39,371 nt of DNA, taken from assembly GCA_964407625.1 (NCBI GenBank), contig CAYOWJ010000003.1, positions 1-39,371 of the forward strand. Reading direction: 5' to 3'. The position numbers and the translations under genes are program-made. Under the pieces are notes generated by a model, which was given only the letters and a program-made list of their open reading frames with translations, was not told the DNA's origin and did no database searches. This stretch comes from an uncultured Lentimicrobiaceae bacterium. Its GTDB lineage: Bacteria; Bacteroidota; Bacteroidia; Bacteroidales; 4484-276. This document shows, piece after piece, positions 1-8,737 of this stretch (its first letter is position 1; each line of letters opens with the position of its first letter).

Positions 1-108
1 ATCCGGCTTACCATTGGTGAGCGGACTTTTGTTCAAAAAGTTTCGGTAATCAAATAGGTTTTTCAGCTATGAGTCGAGTCTAAAAAGGCGCATTAAATTA
101 ATTATTGT

Positions 109-196
109 GGCTAAAGCCCTGAATGTGGAGGACATCAATTGCCCCGCCCTTAAGGGCGGGGCAATTGAAAAACAGCCAGATACCGGGCTTTAGCCC
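109..196. repeat. Nested inverted repeat: an outer 11-bp arm pair enclosing a perfect 14-bp GC-rich hairpin
   Basis: GGCTAAAGCCC (109-119) is the reverse complement of GGGCTTTAGCC (185-195). Inside it, CAATTGCCCCGCCC (136-149), a TTAA loop, and GGGCGGGGCAATTG (154-167) form a perfect hairpin. No flanking T tract on either strand. Confidence 0.6.
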
Positions 197-235
197 AAAA
201 TTAGCAGTTTTTAAACAGCACTTATTTATCTAAAC

Positions 236-280
236 AAAACGACCGGTATTTCTTTGCAGAGATACCGGTCGTTTTAATTT
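236..280. terminator. Bidirectional intrinsic terminator downstream of rfbB
   Basis: AAAACGACCGGTAT (236-249) pairs with ATACCGGTCGTTTT (262-275), with a 12-nt loop. T-rich tracts follow the stem on both strands. It lies 15-20 nt beyond the rfbB stop at 295. Confidence 0.65.
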
Positions 281-294
281 TAAAAATTCAATAA

Positions 295-1359
295 TCAACG
301 ATTTACATATTGTTCTTCATAATATTTCTGGTAATCGCCCGAAGTAACATTGTCGAGCCATTCGGCGTTTTCGAGGTACCAATCCACGGTAAGTTCGAGG
401 CCTTCCTCAAATTGCAACGATGGTTTCCAACCCAGTTCATTTTGAAGTTTTGTGCTGTCGATGGCATATCTCATGTCGTGGCCGGCCCGGTCTTTCACAT
501 ATTTTATCAGCTTTTCGGAAGTTCCGGGTTCACGGCCAAGTTTCCTGTCCATAATTTTGCAAAGCAATTTTATCAGATCAAGATTCTTCCATTCGTTATG
601 GCCGCCAATATTGTAGGTTTCACCCACTTTTCCACGATGATAAATTTCATCAATAGCCACAGCATGATCAACCACATAAAGCCAATCACGAATATTTGCA
701 CCCTTCCCGTAAACAGGCAGCGCCTTGTTGTTTTGAATGTTGTGAATAAACAGCGGGATCAGTTTTTCAGGAAACTGGAATGAGCCATAATTATTGGAGC
801 AATTCGAAATCTTAATTGGAAGATTAAAGGTGTGAAAATATGCTCTCACCAGGTGGTCGGAGCTGGCTTTGGATGCCGAATACGGGCTTCGTGGGTCGTA
901 AGGAGTGGTTTCGAGGAAAAATCCAGTTTCACCAAGTGAGCCATAAACTTCATCGGTCGAAACATGATAAAATAATTTGCCTTCCGGATTATCAGCCCAG
1001 TGGAATTTTGCAGCATTAAGCAAATTTGCCGTACCAACAATATTGGTGTAGATAAACTCGCTTGGGCTGGCGATGGAGCGGTCGACGTGCGATTCGGCGG
1101 CAAGGTGAATTACGCCGTCGAATTTGTAAACCGTGAAAAGCTTTTGCATTTCTTCGGCATCCACAATATCGGCCTTCACAAATTTATAGTTCTTTTTGCC
1201 TTCGATATCCTTCAAATTGGCCAGGTTGCCGGCATAGGTGAGTTTATCAACATTTACAATGCGGTATTCGGGGTACTTATTTACGAATAAACGCACTACA
1301 TGTGAGCCGATAAATCCTGCTCCTCCGGTGACCATTAAAGTTTTTTTGTAAGTTTCCAT
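295..1359 (-). CDS. rfbB: dTDP-glucose 4,6-dehydratase
   Basis: 354-aa ORF with an ATG start. It has the N-terminal Rossmann motif TGGAGFIGSH and the SDR catalytic motif YSASK, and resembles RfbB/RmlB end to end. Confidence 0.93.
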   Translation of the reverse strand: METYKKTLMVTGGAGFIGSHVVRLFVNKYPEYRIVNVDKLTYAGNLANLKDIEGKKNYKFVKADIVDAEEMQKLFTVYKFDGVIHLAAESHVDRSIASPSEFIYTNIVGTANLLNAAKFHWADNPEGKLFYHVSTDEVYGSLGETGFFLETTPYDPRSPYSASKASSDHLVRAYFHTFNLPIKISNCSNNYGSFQFPEKLIPLFIHNIQNNKALPVYGKGANIRDWLYVVDHAVAIDEIYHRGKVGETYNIGGHNEWKNLDLIKLLCKIMDRKLGREPGTSEKLIKYVKDRAGHDMRYAIDSTKLQNELGWKPSLQFEEGLELTVDWYLENAEWLDNVTSGDYQKYYEEQYVNR

Positions 1360-1389
1360 AATATGATGTTTAAATATTTTCAGATATTT

Positions 1390-2418
1390 TTAACTACGTT
1401 TTCTTGCCTCCAAAGCCAGTTCCCATTTCCAGGCCGAAAGTGTCATTTCATCAACGCCCTGTTCAGCTTTCCAGCCCAACTCGTTGTTTGCAAATTCGGT
1501 GTCGGCCCAGATTTCGGTGATGTCGCCCGGACGACGGTCAACAACGATGTAATTTAGTTTCTGGCCTGTTGTTTTTTCAAAACTGTTGATTACTTCCAGA
1601 ACCGAATAGCCATTTCCGGTTCCAAGATTGAAAATTTCGAGATTTTTTTTGCTTTTCTTGTTCAACATCCGGTCAACGGCCACAACATGGGCTTTTGCCA
1701 GATCGACTACATGAATGTAATCGCGGATAGCCGTGCCATCGCGGGTTGGATAATCGCCTCCAAAAACTTTAAGCTGTTGCCTGATGCCGATGGCTGTCTG
1801 GGTAATAAAAGGCATGAGATTATTTGGAACGCCCAGTGGCAGTTCGCCAATCATCGCCGATTCATGCGAACCAATCGGATTAAAATAGCGGAGTAAAGTT
1901 GCGCTTAATTTTGTCGGAATCAGGGTGTCACGGATGATTTCTTCTGCAATTTGTTTGGTATTCCCGTAAGGCGACATGGCCGGCAAAATAGGCGAGTTTT
2001 CGCTCACTGGCAATTGCTCCGGCTGGCCATAAACCGTGCATGACGACGAAAATACGATGTTGGGAATGCTATTATCGCTCATTCCCTGCAAAATATTCAT
2101 CAGCGAAACCAGGTTGTTCCGGTAATACATCAAAGGTTTGTCAACCGATTCGCCCACCGCTTTAAAAGCAGCAAAATGAATAATTGCTTTTATGTCGTTG
2201 TGACGAAAAAAGAAATCAGCAGTTTTGGGAGCATCGGTGAGGTCGAATTGCTCAAACTGAGGTTTAATGCCGGTAATTGCGGTAATATTATCGAGAACTT
2301 CAATTTGCGAATTTGATAGGTTGTCAACGATAATTACTTCATAACCTTTTTGCTGCAGCTCAACAACAGTATGCGAACCAATGTAGCCGGTGCCACCGGT
2401 AACCAGTATTTTATTCAT
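1390..2418 (-). CDS. galE: UDP-glucose 4-epimerase
   Basis: Has TGGTGYIGSH right after MNKILV and the catalytic motif YGNTK. I trimmed the track ORF (to 2541) to the ATG at 2416-2418, because the 41 upstream codons run through a terminator hairpin and a promoter-like box. Confidence 0.88.
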   Translation of the reverse strand: MNKILVTGGTGYIGSHTVVELQQKGYEVIIVDNLSNSQIEVLDNITAITGIKPQFEQFDLTDAPKTADFFFRHNDIKAIIHFAAFKAVGESVDKPLMYYRNNLVSLMNILQGMSDNSIPNIVFSSSCTVYGQPEQLPVSENSPILPAMSPYGNTKQIAEEIIRDTLIPTKLSATLLRYFNPIGSHESAMIGELPLGVPNNLMPFITQTAIGIRQQLKVFGGDYPTRDGTAIRDYIHVVDLAKAHVVAVDRMLNKKSKKNLEIFNLGTGNGYSVLEVINSFEKTTGQKLNYIVVDRRPGDITEIWADTEFANNELGWKAEQGVDEMTLSAWKWELALEARKRS

Positions 2419-2499
2419 CCGGAAATAGTATTTTGAAAAGTGATTTATTAATGAAAAACCCGAAGTTTCAGCCTGTTTGCTTGATAAATTTAGTGCAAC

Positions 2500-2507
2500 C
2501 AAAAGTA
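2500..2507 (-). promoter_or_regulatory. Candidate -7 box (TACTTTTG on the minus strand) for galE-rfbB
   Basis: Plus-strand CAAAAGTA is the reverse complement of TAnnTTTG. It sits about 80 nt upstream of the galE ATG and just downstream of the preceding terminator. No clean -33 box. Confidence 0.3.
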
Positions 2508-2519
2508 ACCAGTATTTAC

Positions 2520-2548
2520 AAAAAAACCAAGAAATTTGCATTTCCTGG
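2520..2548 (-). terminator. Intrinsic terminator after the sugar dehydrogenase gene
   Basis: On the minus strand, CCAGGAAAT-GCAA-ATTTCTTGG (9-bp stem, one mismatch; 2527-2548) is followed by a T7 run (plus-strand A run 2520-2526). It lies 29 nt after the stop at 2577. Confidence 0.6.
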
Positions 2549-2576
2549 TTTTTCTTTTTAAAAATCTTATTTCAGA

Positions 2577-3872
2577 TCAGAGGCTCCAATACGTTAAATC
2601 GTTGATTTTGTTCCTGTAAAGGCCTTTTATGTCGATCAAGATTCCTTTTTCGGTACTGATAGATTTAAAAAAATCTTCATCGAGTTTCAAATAAGGCTGA
2701 TGACTCACTGCAACGATAACGGCATCAAATTTCCCGGTAATTTCATCCTGAAGATCGAAACCGTATTCTTTTTTTATTTCTTTCGATTCGGCATGAAAAT
2801 CAACAACATCTACTTTTACACCAAACGATTTCAATTCATTGATAATGTCGGGAACCCGTGAATTACGGATGTCGCTCACATCTTCTTTAAAAGTTACGCC
2901 CATCACCAGAACTTTTGATTCGGCGATGTTTTTTCCGGCAGCAATCAGCTTTTTAACGGTTTGCCTGGCCACATAAAATCCCATCGAATCGTTTACAAAC
3001 CTGCCCGAATTGATGATTTGAGGATGATACCTGAATTTTTTAGCCTTGTAAGCCAGATAATATGGGTCAACACCGATACAATGCCCCCCAACAAGTCCGG
3101 GGTAGAATTTCAGGAAATTCCACTTTGTTCCGGCGGCTTCAAGTACATCAAAAGTGTTGATGCCCATCCTGTTGAAGATCATCGATAACTCGTTCATAAA
3201 GGCGATGTTGATGTCGCGCTGGGTGTTTTCGATGATTTTGGCAGCCTCTGCAACTTTGATGGAAGGTGCTTTATGAACACCAGCCCTCACAACCAATTCG
3301 TAAGTTTTTGCGATTACGTCCAGCGATTCATCATCACAACCCGAAACTACTTTGGTAATGGTTGCCAAAGTATGGAGTTTATCGCCCGGGTTGATGCGCT
3401 CTGGCGAAAAGCCTACTTTGAAATCTTCGATAAATTTTAATCCGGAGAGTTCTTCCAGAATCGGAATACAGTCTTCTTCGGTACAACCGGGATAAACCGT
3501 TGATTCGTAAACAACATAATCGCCTTTTTTAAGGATTTTTCCAACAGTGCGCGTAGCCGACAAAAGCGGCTTTAAATCGGGCATGTTGCTGTCGTCGATG
3601 GGTGTTGGCACCGCCACAATGTGGAAACTGGCACTTCGTAAATCTTCGGGATCTGCCGTAAAAAGAATGTCGCAATTGTCGAAAGCTTCCGCCTCTAATT
3701 CTTCGCTGGGGTCGATCCGGTTTTTCATCATTTCAACCCGGTCGGCCTTAATGTCGAAACCGATTACAGGCACTTTTTTAGCAAACTCAAGGGCAATGGG
3801 CAAACCCACGTAACCCAGGCCAATCAGCGAAACCTTCGTTTCTTTTTTTAATAATTTGTCGTAAACTGTCAT
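2577..3872 (-). CDS. UDP-N-acetyl-hexosamine 6-dehydrogenase (WbpA/WbpO/TviB-VipA family nucleotide-sugar dehydrogenase)
   Basis: Has the Rossmann motif IGLGYVGLPIA and the catalytic-Cys motif GGHCIGVDPYY. I trimmed the start to the ATG at 3870-3872 (MTVYDKLL...), which removes the overlap with the upstream gene. Substrate specificity (GlcNAc vs GalNAc) cannot be resolved by eye. Confidence 0.85.
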   Translation of the reverse strand: MTVYDKLLKKETKVSLIGLGYVGLPIALEFAKKVPVIGFDIKADRVEMMKNRIDPSEELEAEAFDNCDILFTADPEDLRSASFHIVAVPTPIDDSNMPDLKPLLSATRTVGKILKKGDYVVYESTVYPGCTEEDCIPILEELSGLKFIEDFKVGFSPERINPGDKLHTLATITKVVSGCDDESLDVIAKTYELVVRAGVHKAPSIKVAEAAKIIENTQRDINIAFMNELSMIFNRMGINTFDVLEAAGTKWNFLKFYPGLVGGHCIGVDPYYLAYKAKKFRYHPQIINSGRFVNDSMGFYVARQTVKKLIAAGKNIAESKVLVMGVTFKEDVSDIRNSRVPDIINELKSFGVKVDVVDFHAESKEIKKEYGFDLQDEITGKFDAVIVAVSHQPYLKLDEDFFKSISTEKGILIDIKGLYRNKINDLTYWSL

Positions 3873-3888
3873 TATTTTAAAAATATGA

Positions 3889-4467
3889 TTAATTGATTTT
3901 AGAGACATTTCCTTCTTTAAGCTGGTACTTTTCGTTGCTTTCGGGGCAGAAAGCGATACCGTTTTCATCAAAATTAAGGCGATGGCCGTATTCGCTCATC
4001 CAACCTGCGTGTTTAGCCGGATTGCCAATAAAAAGTGCATACGCCGGAACTTCCTTGGTTATTACAGCGCCCGCTCCGATAAAGGCAAATTCGCCGATAT
4101 CGTGCCCGCAAACGATGGTTGCGTTTGCGCCGATAGAAGCGCCTTTTTTCACGATGGTTCTAACGTAATGTCCGCGCCTGTTGACGGCACTTCGGGGATT
4201 AATAATATTGGTAAAAACCATCGAAGGCCCCAAAAAAACATCGTCTTCGCAAATTACTCCCGAATAAATCGAAACGTTGTTCTGGATTTTCACATTATTT
4301 CCAAGAACCACCTCTGGTGAAACAACCACATTTTGCCCGATGTTACAATTTTCGCCAATCACACAATTGGTCATGATGTGCGAAAAATGCCAGATTTTGG
4401 TGCCTTTCCCAATGGTGCAACCTTCATCAACAAAAGCTGATTCGTGCGCAAAATATTCTTTTTCCAT
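3889..4467 (-). CDS. Left-handed beta-helix (hexapeptide-repeat) sugar N-acetyltransferase, WbpD/WlbB-like
   Basis: 192 aa with repeated [LIV]-G-x4 hexapeptides. The C-terminal GNPAKHAGWMSEYGHRL tail matches what I recall for WbpD/WlbB (UDP-GlcNAc3NA N-acetyltransferase). Confidence 0.8.
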   Translation of the reverse strand: MEKEYFAHESAFVDEGCTIGKGTKIWHFSHIMTNCVIGENCNIGQNVVVSPEVVLGNNVKIQNNVSIYSGVICEDDVFLGPSMVFTNIINPRSAVNRRGHYVRTIVKKGASIGANATIVCGHDIGEFAFIGAGAVITKEVPAYALFIGNPAKHAGWMSEYGHRLNFDENGIAFCPESNEKYQLKEGNVSKIN

Positions 4468-4469
4468 GA

Positions 4470-5600
4470 CTACCGATTTGCAAATTCGAGGATGGAGGAG
4501 GTGATAAAATTTAGTTGCTCTTCGTCCATTTCGGTGTGCATCGGTAACGAAATCACTGATTTTGACAATTTTTCGGTTACCGGGAAATCACCTTCTTTAT
4601 ATCTTGGATCCTGGTAGGCTTTCTGCATGTGCATTGGCACGGGATAATAAACCATGGCAGGGATGTTTTTTGAGGTCAGGAATTTTTGAAGTTCATCCCG
4701 ATCCAAATCCTTGGTAACTATAGTGTATTGATGGAAAACATGGGTCGATTTCGGATCGCGGAAAGGCGTTACCAGTTTTGGATGATTTGCAAAAGCAGCA
4801 TCATAAAAATCAGCGGCATCCTGTCTGGCTTTAATGTATTCGTCGAGATATTGAAGTTTAACCTTGAGTACTGCCGCCTGGATGCTGTCCAAACGTGAAT
4901 TTACGCCAACATAATCGTGATAATAACGAACCACCATTCCGTGGTTGACAACTATTCTCATTTGTTGGGCAAGCGCATCATCATTGGTAAAAATAGCACC
5001 GCCATCACCATAACAGCCTAAATTTTTTGATGGAAAAAACGACATCCCCGATACATCACCGATTGTGCCCGCTTTTTTGCGGGTTCCATCGCTGAAAATA
5101 TAATCGGCACCAATGGCCTGGCAAGTGTCTTCGATCACAAAAAGGTTGTACTCTTTGGCAATTTTATTGATTTCTTCCATATCTGCACACTGGCCAAATA
5201 TATGAACCGGAACTATAGCCCTGGTTTTAGGAGTAATTGCTTTTCTGATGGCTTCGGGGTCAATATTAAAGGTTTTTTCATCAACATCTACAAGCACAGG
5301 TGTAAGTCCCAATAATGCGATAACTTCGGCAGTGGCAATAAATGTAAAAGAGGTGGTAATAATTTCGTCGCCGGGTTTCAGGTCAAGCCCCATCATGGCA
5401 ACCTGCAAAGCATCGGTGCCGTTGGCGCAGGGAATTACATGTTTTACATCAAGATACTTTTCAAGGTCGGATTGAAAATCTCTCACCGCAGGACCATTAA
5501 TAAATGATGTAGTTTCGATAACTTCCTGAATGGCTTTATCGATCTCTGGTTTAATTTTATCATACTGACCTTTGAGGTCAACCATGCGAATTTCTTTCAT
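4470..5600 (-). CDS. DegT/DnrJ/EryC1/StrS-family PLP-dependent sugar aminotransferase (WbpE/WlbC-like)
   Basis: 376 aa with the typical N-terminus VDLKGQY, the CANGTDAL motif and the PLP-lysine motif SFFPSKNLG. Its stop is 2 nt from the acetyltransferase start, which suggests an operon. Confidence 0.88.
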   Translation of the reverse strand: MKEIRMVDLKGQYDKIKPEIDKAIQEVIETTSFINGPAVRDFQSDLEKYLDVKHVIPCANGTDALQVAMMGLDLKPGDEIITTSFTFIATAEVIALLGLTPVLVDVDEKTFNIDPEAIRKAITPKTRAIVPVHIFGQCADMEEINKIAKEYNLFVIEDTCQAIGADYIFSDGTRKKAGTIGDVSGMSFFPSKNLGCYGDGGAIFTNDDALAQQMRIVVNHGMVVRYYHDYVGVNSRLDSIQAAVLKVKLQYLDEYIKARQDAADFYDAAFANHPKLVTPFRDPKSTHVFHQYTIVTKDLDRDELQKFLTSKNIPAMVYYPVPMHMQKAYQDPRYKEGDFPVTEKLSKSVISLPMHTEMDEEQLNFITSSILEFANR

Positions 5601-5648
5601 ACCAAATATTTATTTATAATTAAGATTAATGTACAAAAAATGAGGGCG

Positions 5649-5679
5649 CAAAGGTAAAATTTAAAGATGTGCAACCAAA
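5649..5679 (-). promoter_or_regulatory. Candidate Bacteroidetes sigma-A promoter for the aminotransferase-acetyltransferase-dehydrogenase operon
   Basis: On the minus strand, -33 TTTG (plus CAAA 5676-5679), a 19-nt spacer, then -7 TACCTTTG (plus CAAAGGTA 5649-5656). It lies about 45 nt upstream of the ATG at 5600. Confidence 0.45.
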
Positions 5680-5765
5680 CCAAAAACTCTAAAAAACGCC
5701 ATATTGTTATTTTTTTAACAATTTAATAATGTCCCAAAATTCCATGCCGCGAATAATCAAAATTC

Positions 5766-5773
5766 TATCTTTG
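5766..5773 (+). promoter_or_regulatory. Candidate -7 box TATCTTTG for the hypothetical gene and kdtA
   Basis: Exact TAnnTTTG match 12 nt upstream of the ATG at 5786. Its position inside the longer track ORF argues against the 5729 start. Confidence 0.4.
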
Positions 5774-5785
5774 CGTTTTAGCAAA

Positions 5786-6559
5786 ATGAATATGAAATCT
5801 CTACCTACAATATTTTTGGCTGTTTTGTTAATTCTTTCATCAGCTACAAATGCTGTTTCGCAGGATAAGAAAAACGAGGATAAACCCGAAACGATTTCGA
5901 TGCTTTTCCCTGCTTACGCTTTTCAGTTTCCCGGTGGCGATCTGCCTGATCGTTTTGGAACCAGCTCGGCAGTAGGGCCGGGGTTTATGGTTAAAAGCAG
6001 CAGCAACTGGCTTTTCGGCGTTGACGCAAATTTCATTTTTGGGAACAAGTTAAATGAAGACAGCCTCCTGAATAACCTGCTAACCTCCGACGGCTATATT
6101 ATTAACGAAGCCGGCGAGTATGCCGACATCGGGCTGTTTGAGCGTGGTTTTTATTCTTCTGCAAAAATCGGAAAAGTTATCCCCATTTTTGGCTCCAATA
6201 AAAATTCAGGATTGATGATTTTATTCGGTGGCGGCTATTTGCAGCATAAAATCAGGATTGAAGTTAAAGATAACAACGCCGCTCAGTTGCGGGGCGATTA
6301 TAAAAAAGGCTACGACAGGCTTACTGATGGGTTTCAGGTTAACGAATTTATCGGGTACATGCACATTGGTGAAACCCGCATGGCAAATTTTTTTATTGGC
6401 ATCGAATTCGTCCAGGCATGGACAGAAAACCGACGCTCGATGAATTTTGATTTAATGCGCCGGGATGACTCCAAACGCCTGGATATGCTCACCGGAATTA
6501 AAGTTGGCTGGATTTTTCCTTTGCGGAAAAGCATGCCCAAAGATTTTTACTATTATTGA
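5786..6559 (+). CDS. Hypothetical secreted protein, probably an outer-membrane beta-barrel
   Basis: Signal peptide MNMKSLPTIFLAVLLILSSATNAVSQ. Alternating hydrophobic strands (WLFGVDANFIFG, LMILFGGGYLQHKIRIEV, ANFFIGIEFVQAW, IKVGWIFPL) and an aromatic C-terminus (FYYY). I recognise no family. Confidence 0.6.
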   Translation: MNMKSLPTIFLAVLLILSSATNAVSQDKKNEDKPETISMLFPAYAFQFPGGDLPDRFGTSSAVGPGFMVKSSSNWLFGVDANFIFGNKLNEDSLLNNLLTSDGYIINEAGEYADIGLFERGFYSSAKIGKVIPIFGSNKNSGLMILFGGGYLQHKIRIEVKDNNAAQLRGDYKKGYDRLTDGFQVNEFIGYMHIGETRMANFFIGIEFVQAWTENRRSMNFDLMRRDDSKRLDMLTGIKVGWIFPLRKSMPKDFYYY

Positions 6560-6586
6560 TAACTTTCCGTAAATAGCCAGTTTCCA

Positions 6587-7831
6587 ATGATTTTTGTTTA
6601 CAACCTTATTATTCATCTTTATAACTTTTTTATTAAGATCGCTGCTTTATTCAACCCAAAAGCAAAACTTTGGGTTGATGGCCGGAAAAATATCTTTAAA
6701 GAAATTCAATCAAAAGTTACTCATCAAAAACCGGTTGCCTGGTTTCATTGCGCATCTCTGGGTGAGTTTGAGCAAGGTCGGCCGATCATTGAATCTTTTC
6801 ACGAAAAATTCCCGGATCATCAGATTTTCCTTACATTTTTTTCGCCCTCAGGTTATGAGATCAGAAAGAATTATCCTGGTGCAGGCTATATTTTTTACCT
6901 GCCTCTGGATACACGGGCAAACGCAAAAAGGTTTGTAAAGCTTGTGAAACCCGAATTTGCTGTTTTTGTTAAGTATGAATTCTGGTTTAATTACCTGCGA
7001 CAACTCAAAAAAGAGCAGGTTCCGGTTATCGTTGTTTCGGCAATTTTCAGGCCTGGCCAGCGATTTTTCAGATGGTGGGGAAGGTGGCAACTGAAAATGT
7101 TGAAATCGGTCACCCACTTTTTTGTTCAGGATGAAGTTTCAAAGGAATTATTGAATGGCGTTGGAATTTCACAGGTTACCGTTGGTGGAGACACCCGGTT
7201 TGACAGGGTTTTACAGGTTGTCAGGCAAAAAAAGCAGTTCCCGCTTATCGAAAAATTTATTGGCGGTAGTAAAATTGTTTTGGCTGGTAGTACCTGGCCT
7301 CCTGACGAGGACATTATTATCGGATTTATCAGGAATGCACCACCTGATACAAAGTTTATTTTCGCTCCCCACGAAGTTCATAACGAACGGATTAAATCGC
7401 TGGTTCAGAAGTTTTCGGTTGGTGTAATCAGGTTTTCTGAAGCTGATGAGTTGAATATTTCCGGTGCAAAAATTCTGATTATTGATAATATCGGAATATT
7501 ATCGCATCTTTATCAATATGCTGATATAGCCTACATTGGCGGTGGTTTTGGAGTTGGAATTCACAATATTCTTGAAGCAGCAACTTTTGGAAATCCTGTT
7601 ATTTTCGGGCCGAATTATCACAAATTCCGTGAAGCCAGGGAACTCATCAAACTGGGTGGAGCTTTTAGCATCAACTCCGGTGAGGATTTTGAAGGGATTA
7701 TCGGGAAATTAATTACCAACGAACCTTTACGTTTACAATCTTCTGAAATCTCAAAAAAATATGTCGAAACAAAACAGGGAGCGACATCCAAAATCATCAA
7801 CTATATCGAAGAGCGCCTTCACGAAAAGTAA
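6587..7831 (+). CDS. kdtA: 3-deoxy-D-manno-octulosonic acid (Kdo) transferase
   Basis: 414 aa with WFHCASLGEFEQGRPIIE and a glycosyltransferase C-terminal half typical of KdtA/WaaA. Confidence 0.9.
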   Translation: MIFVYNLIIHLYNFFIKIAALFNPKAKLWVDGRKNIFKEIQSKVTHQKPVAWFHCASLGEFEQGRPIIESFHEKFPDHQIFLTFFSPSGYEIRKNYPGAGYIFYLPLDTRANAKRFVKLVKPEFAVFVKYEFWFNYLRQLKKEQVPVIVVSAIFRPGQRFFRWWGRWQLKMLKSVTHFFVQDEVSKELLNGVGISQVTVGGDTRFDRVLQVVRQKKQFPLIEKFIGGSKIVLAGSTWPPDEDIIIGFIRNAPPDTKFIFAPHEVHNERIKSLVQKFSVGVIRFSEADELNISGAKILIIDNIGILSHLYQYADIAYIGGGFGVGIHNILEAATFGNPVIFGPNYHKFREARELIKLGGAFSINSGEDFEGIIGKLITNEPLRLQSSEISKKYVETKQGATSKIINYIEERLHEK

Positions 7832-7841
7832 TTTTACGTTT

Positions 7842-8510
7842 TTAGTGAAGTGATGAACCGATGAGATGTATGAACTCAGCACGTGTTTTCTCACCTAAAA
7901 AAGCACCTGTAAAATCTGATGTTGTCGAAACCGAATTCTGCTTTTGAATTCCCCGCATCGACATACACATGTGCTGCGCCTCAATAACCACGGCTACCCC
8001 CAAAGGATTAAGCGTTTTTTGAATACATTCTTTAATTTGCGTCGTCAGTCGCTCCTGAACCTGTAGCCGGCGTGAAAATGCATCTACTACCCTGGGGATT
8101 TTACTTAATCCAACAATGTAACCATTTGGAATGTAAGCCACATGAGCCTTACCAAAGAAAGGAATCATGTGATGCTCGCACATCGAATAAACTTCGATGT
8201 TTTTAATAATTACCATTTGTTTGTAGTCTTCTTTAAACATTGCCGAAAGAAGAATTTCTTCCGGATTCAGATCGTAACCGTGGGTTAAAAACTGCATGGC
8301 TTTGGCAACCCTTTCGGGTGTCTTTTGCAAGCCTTCACGATCGGGGTCTTCACCAATCAGGCTTAGGATTTCATGATAATGATAGGAAAGTCTGTCAAGC
8401 GTTGCCTGATTGTACAAATCCATTTTTTCGTAACCATCCATCTCATTTTCGCGAGCCATTTCGAGCATGATTTCTTTTTTTGATTTTTCTTCAGAGAAGT
8501 TGGTTCCCAT
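7842..8510 (-). CDS. folE: GTP cyclohydrolase I
   Basis: 222 aa with the [18 protein letters not shown] active-site block and the HMCMSMRG motif. Confidence 0.93.
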   Translation of the reverse strand: MGTNFSEEKSKKEIMLEMARENEMDGYEKMDLYNQATLDRLSYHYHEILSLIGEDPDREGLQKTPERVAKAMQFLTHGYDLNPEEILLSAMFKEDYKQMVIIKNIEVYSMCEHHMIPFFGKAHVAYIPNGYIVGLSKIPRVVDAFSRRLQVQERLTTQIKECIQKTLNPLGVAVVIEAQHMCMSMRGIQKQNSVSTTSDFTGAFLGEKTRAEFIHLIGSSLH

Positions 8511-8737
8511 TATTATTTGAAATTAAGATTTTTGTTTTCAGTGAATTAGTTAAATCAAATTTCTTTGCCTTTGAAAATGATTGATGAATGAATGGCAAAA
8601 GTACACAAATTGAATCATGCTTTTTCGTTGTAATTTGAATGGAGTTTGAAAATGTTTGATTTTGCAAATGCGCCAAATTATCTTAAAGTGATTTGGATAA
8701 ATGGGGCATGTTTTCTCGAACGGGTTGGCTAAAAATT

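Noticed and set aside
1-57. Possible 3' end of a plus-strand gene (frame 1 is open to the TAG at 55-57)
   Set aside because: Only 18 codons are visible with no recognisable motif, so the sequence cannot support it.
136-167. Reading the 14-bp GC hairpin as a rho-independent terminator
   Set aside because: AAAAAC follows it on the plus strand and ATGTCC on the minus strand, so there is no U tract in either direction. A proper terminator exists at 236-280.
2419-2541. N-terminal extension of galE in the ORF track (41 extra codons)
   Set aside because: The Rossmann motif begins right after the internal ATG at 2418. The extension covers a terminator hairpin and a promoter-like box and has no homologous character.
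3873-3971. N-terminal extension of the UDP-HexNAc dehydrogenase overlapping the acetyltransferase gene
   Set aside because: The internal ATG at 3872 sits just before the GLGYVGLP Rossmann motif and removes an 83-nt overlap.
8491-8676. 61-aa ORF upstream of and overlapping the folE start
   Set aside because: Low-complexity AT-rich translation that overlaps the folE initiation codon and has no signals. This is most likely the folE 5' UTR and promoter region. I also looked for a folate/preQ1-type riboswitch fold here and saw no convincing helices.
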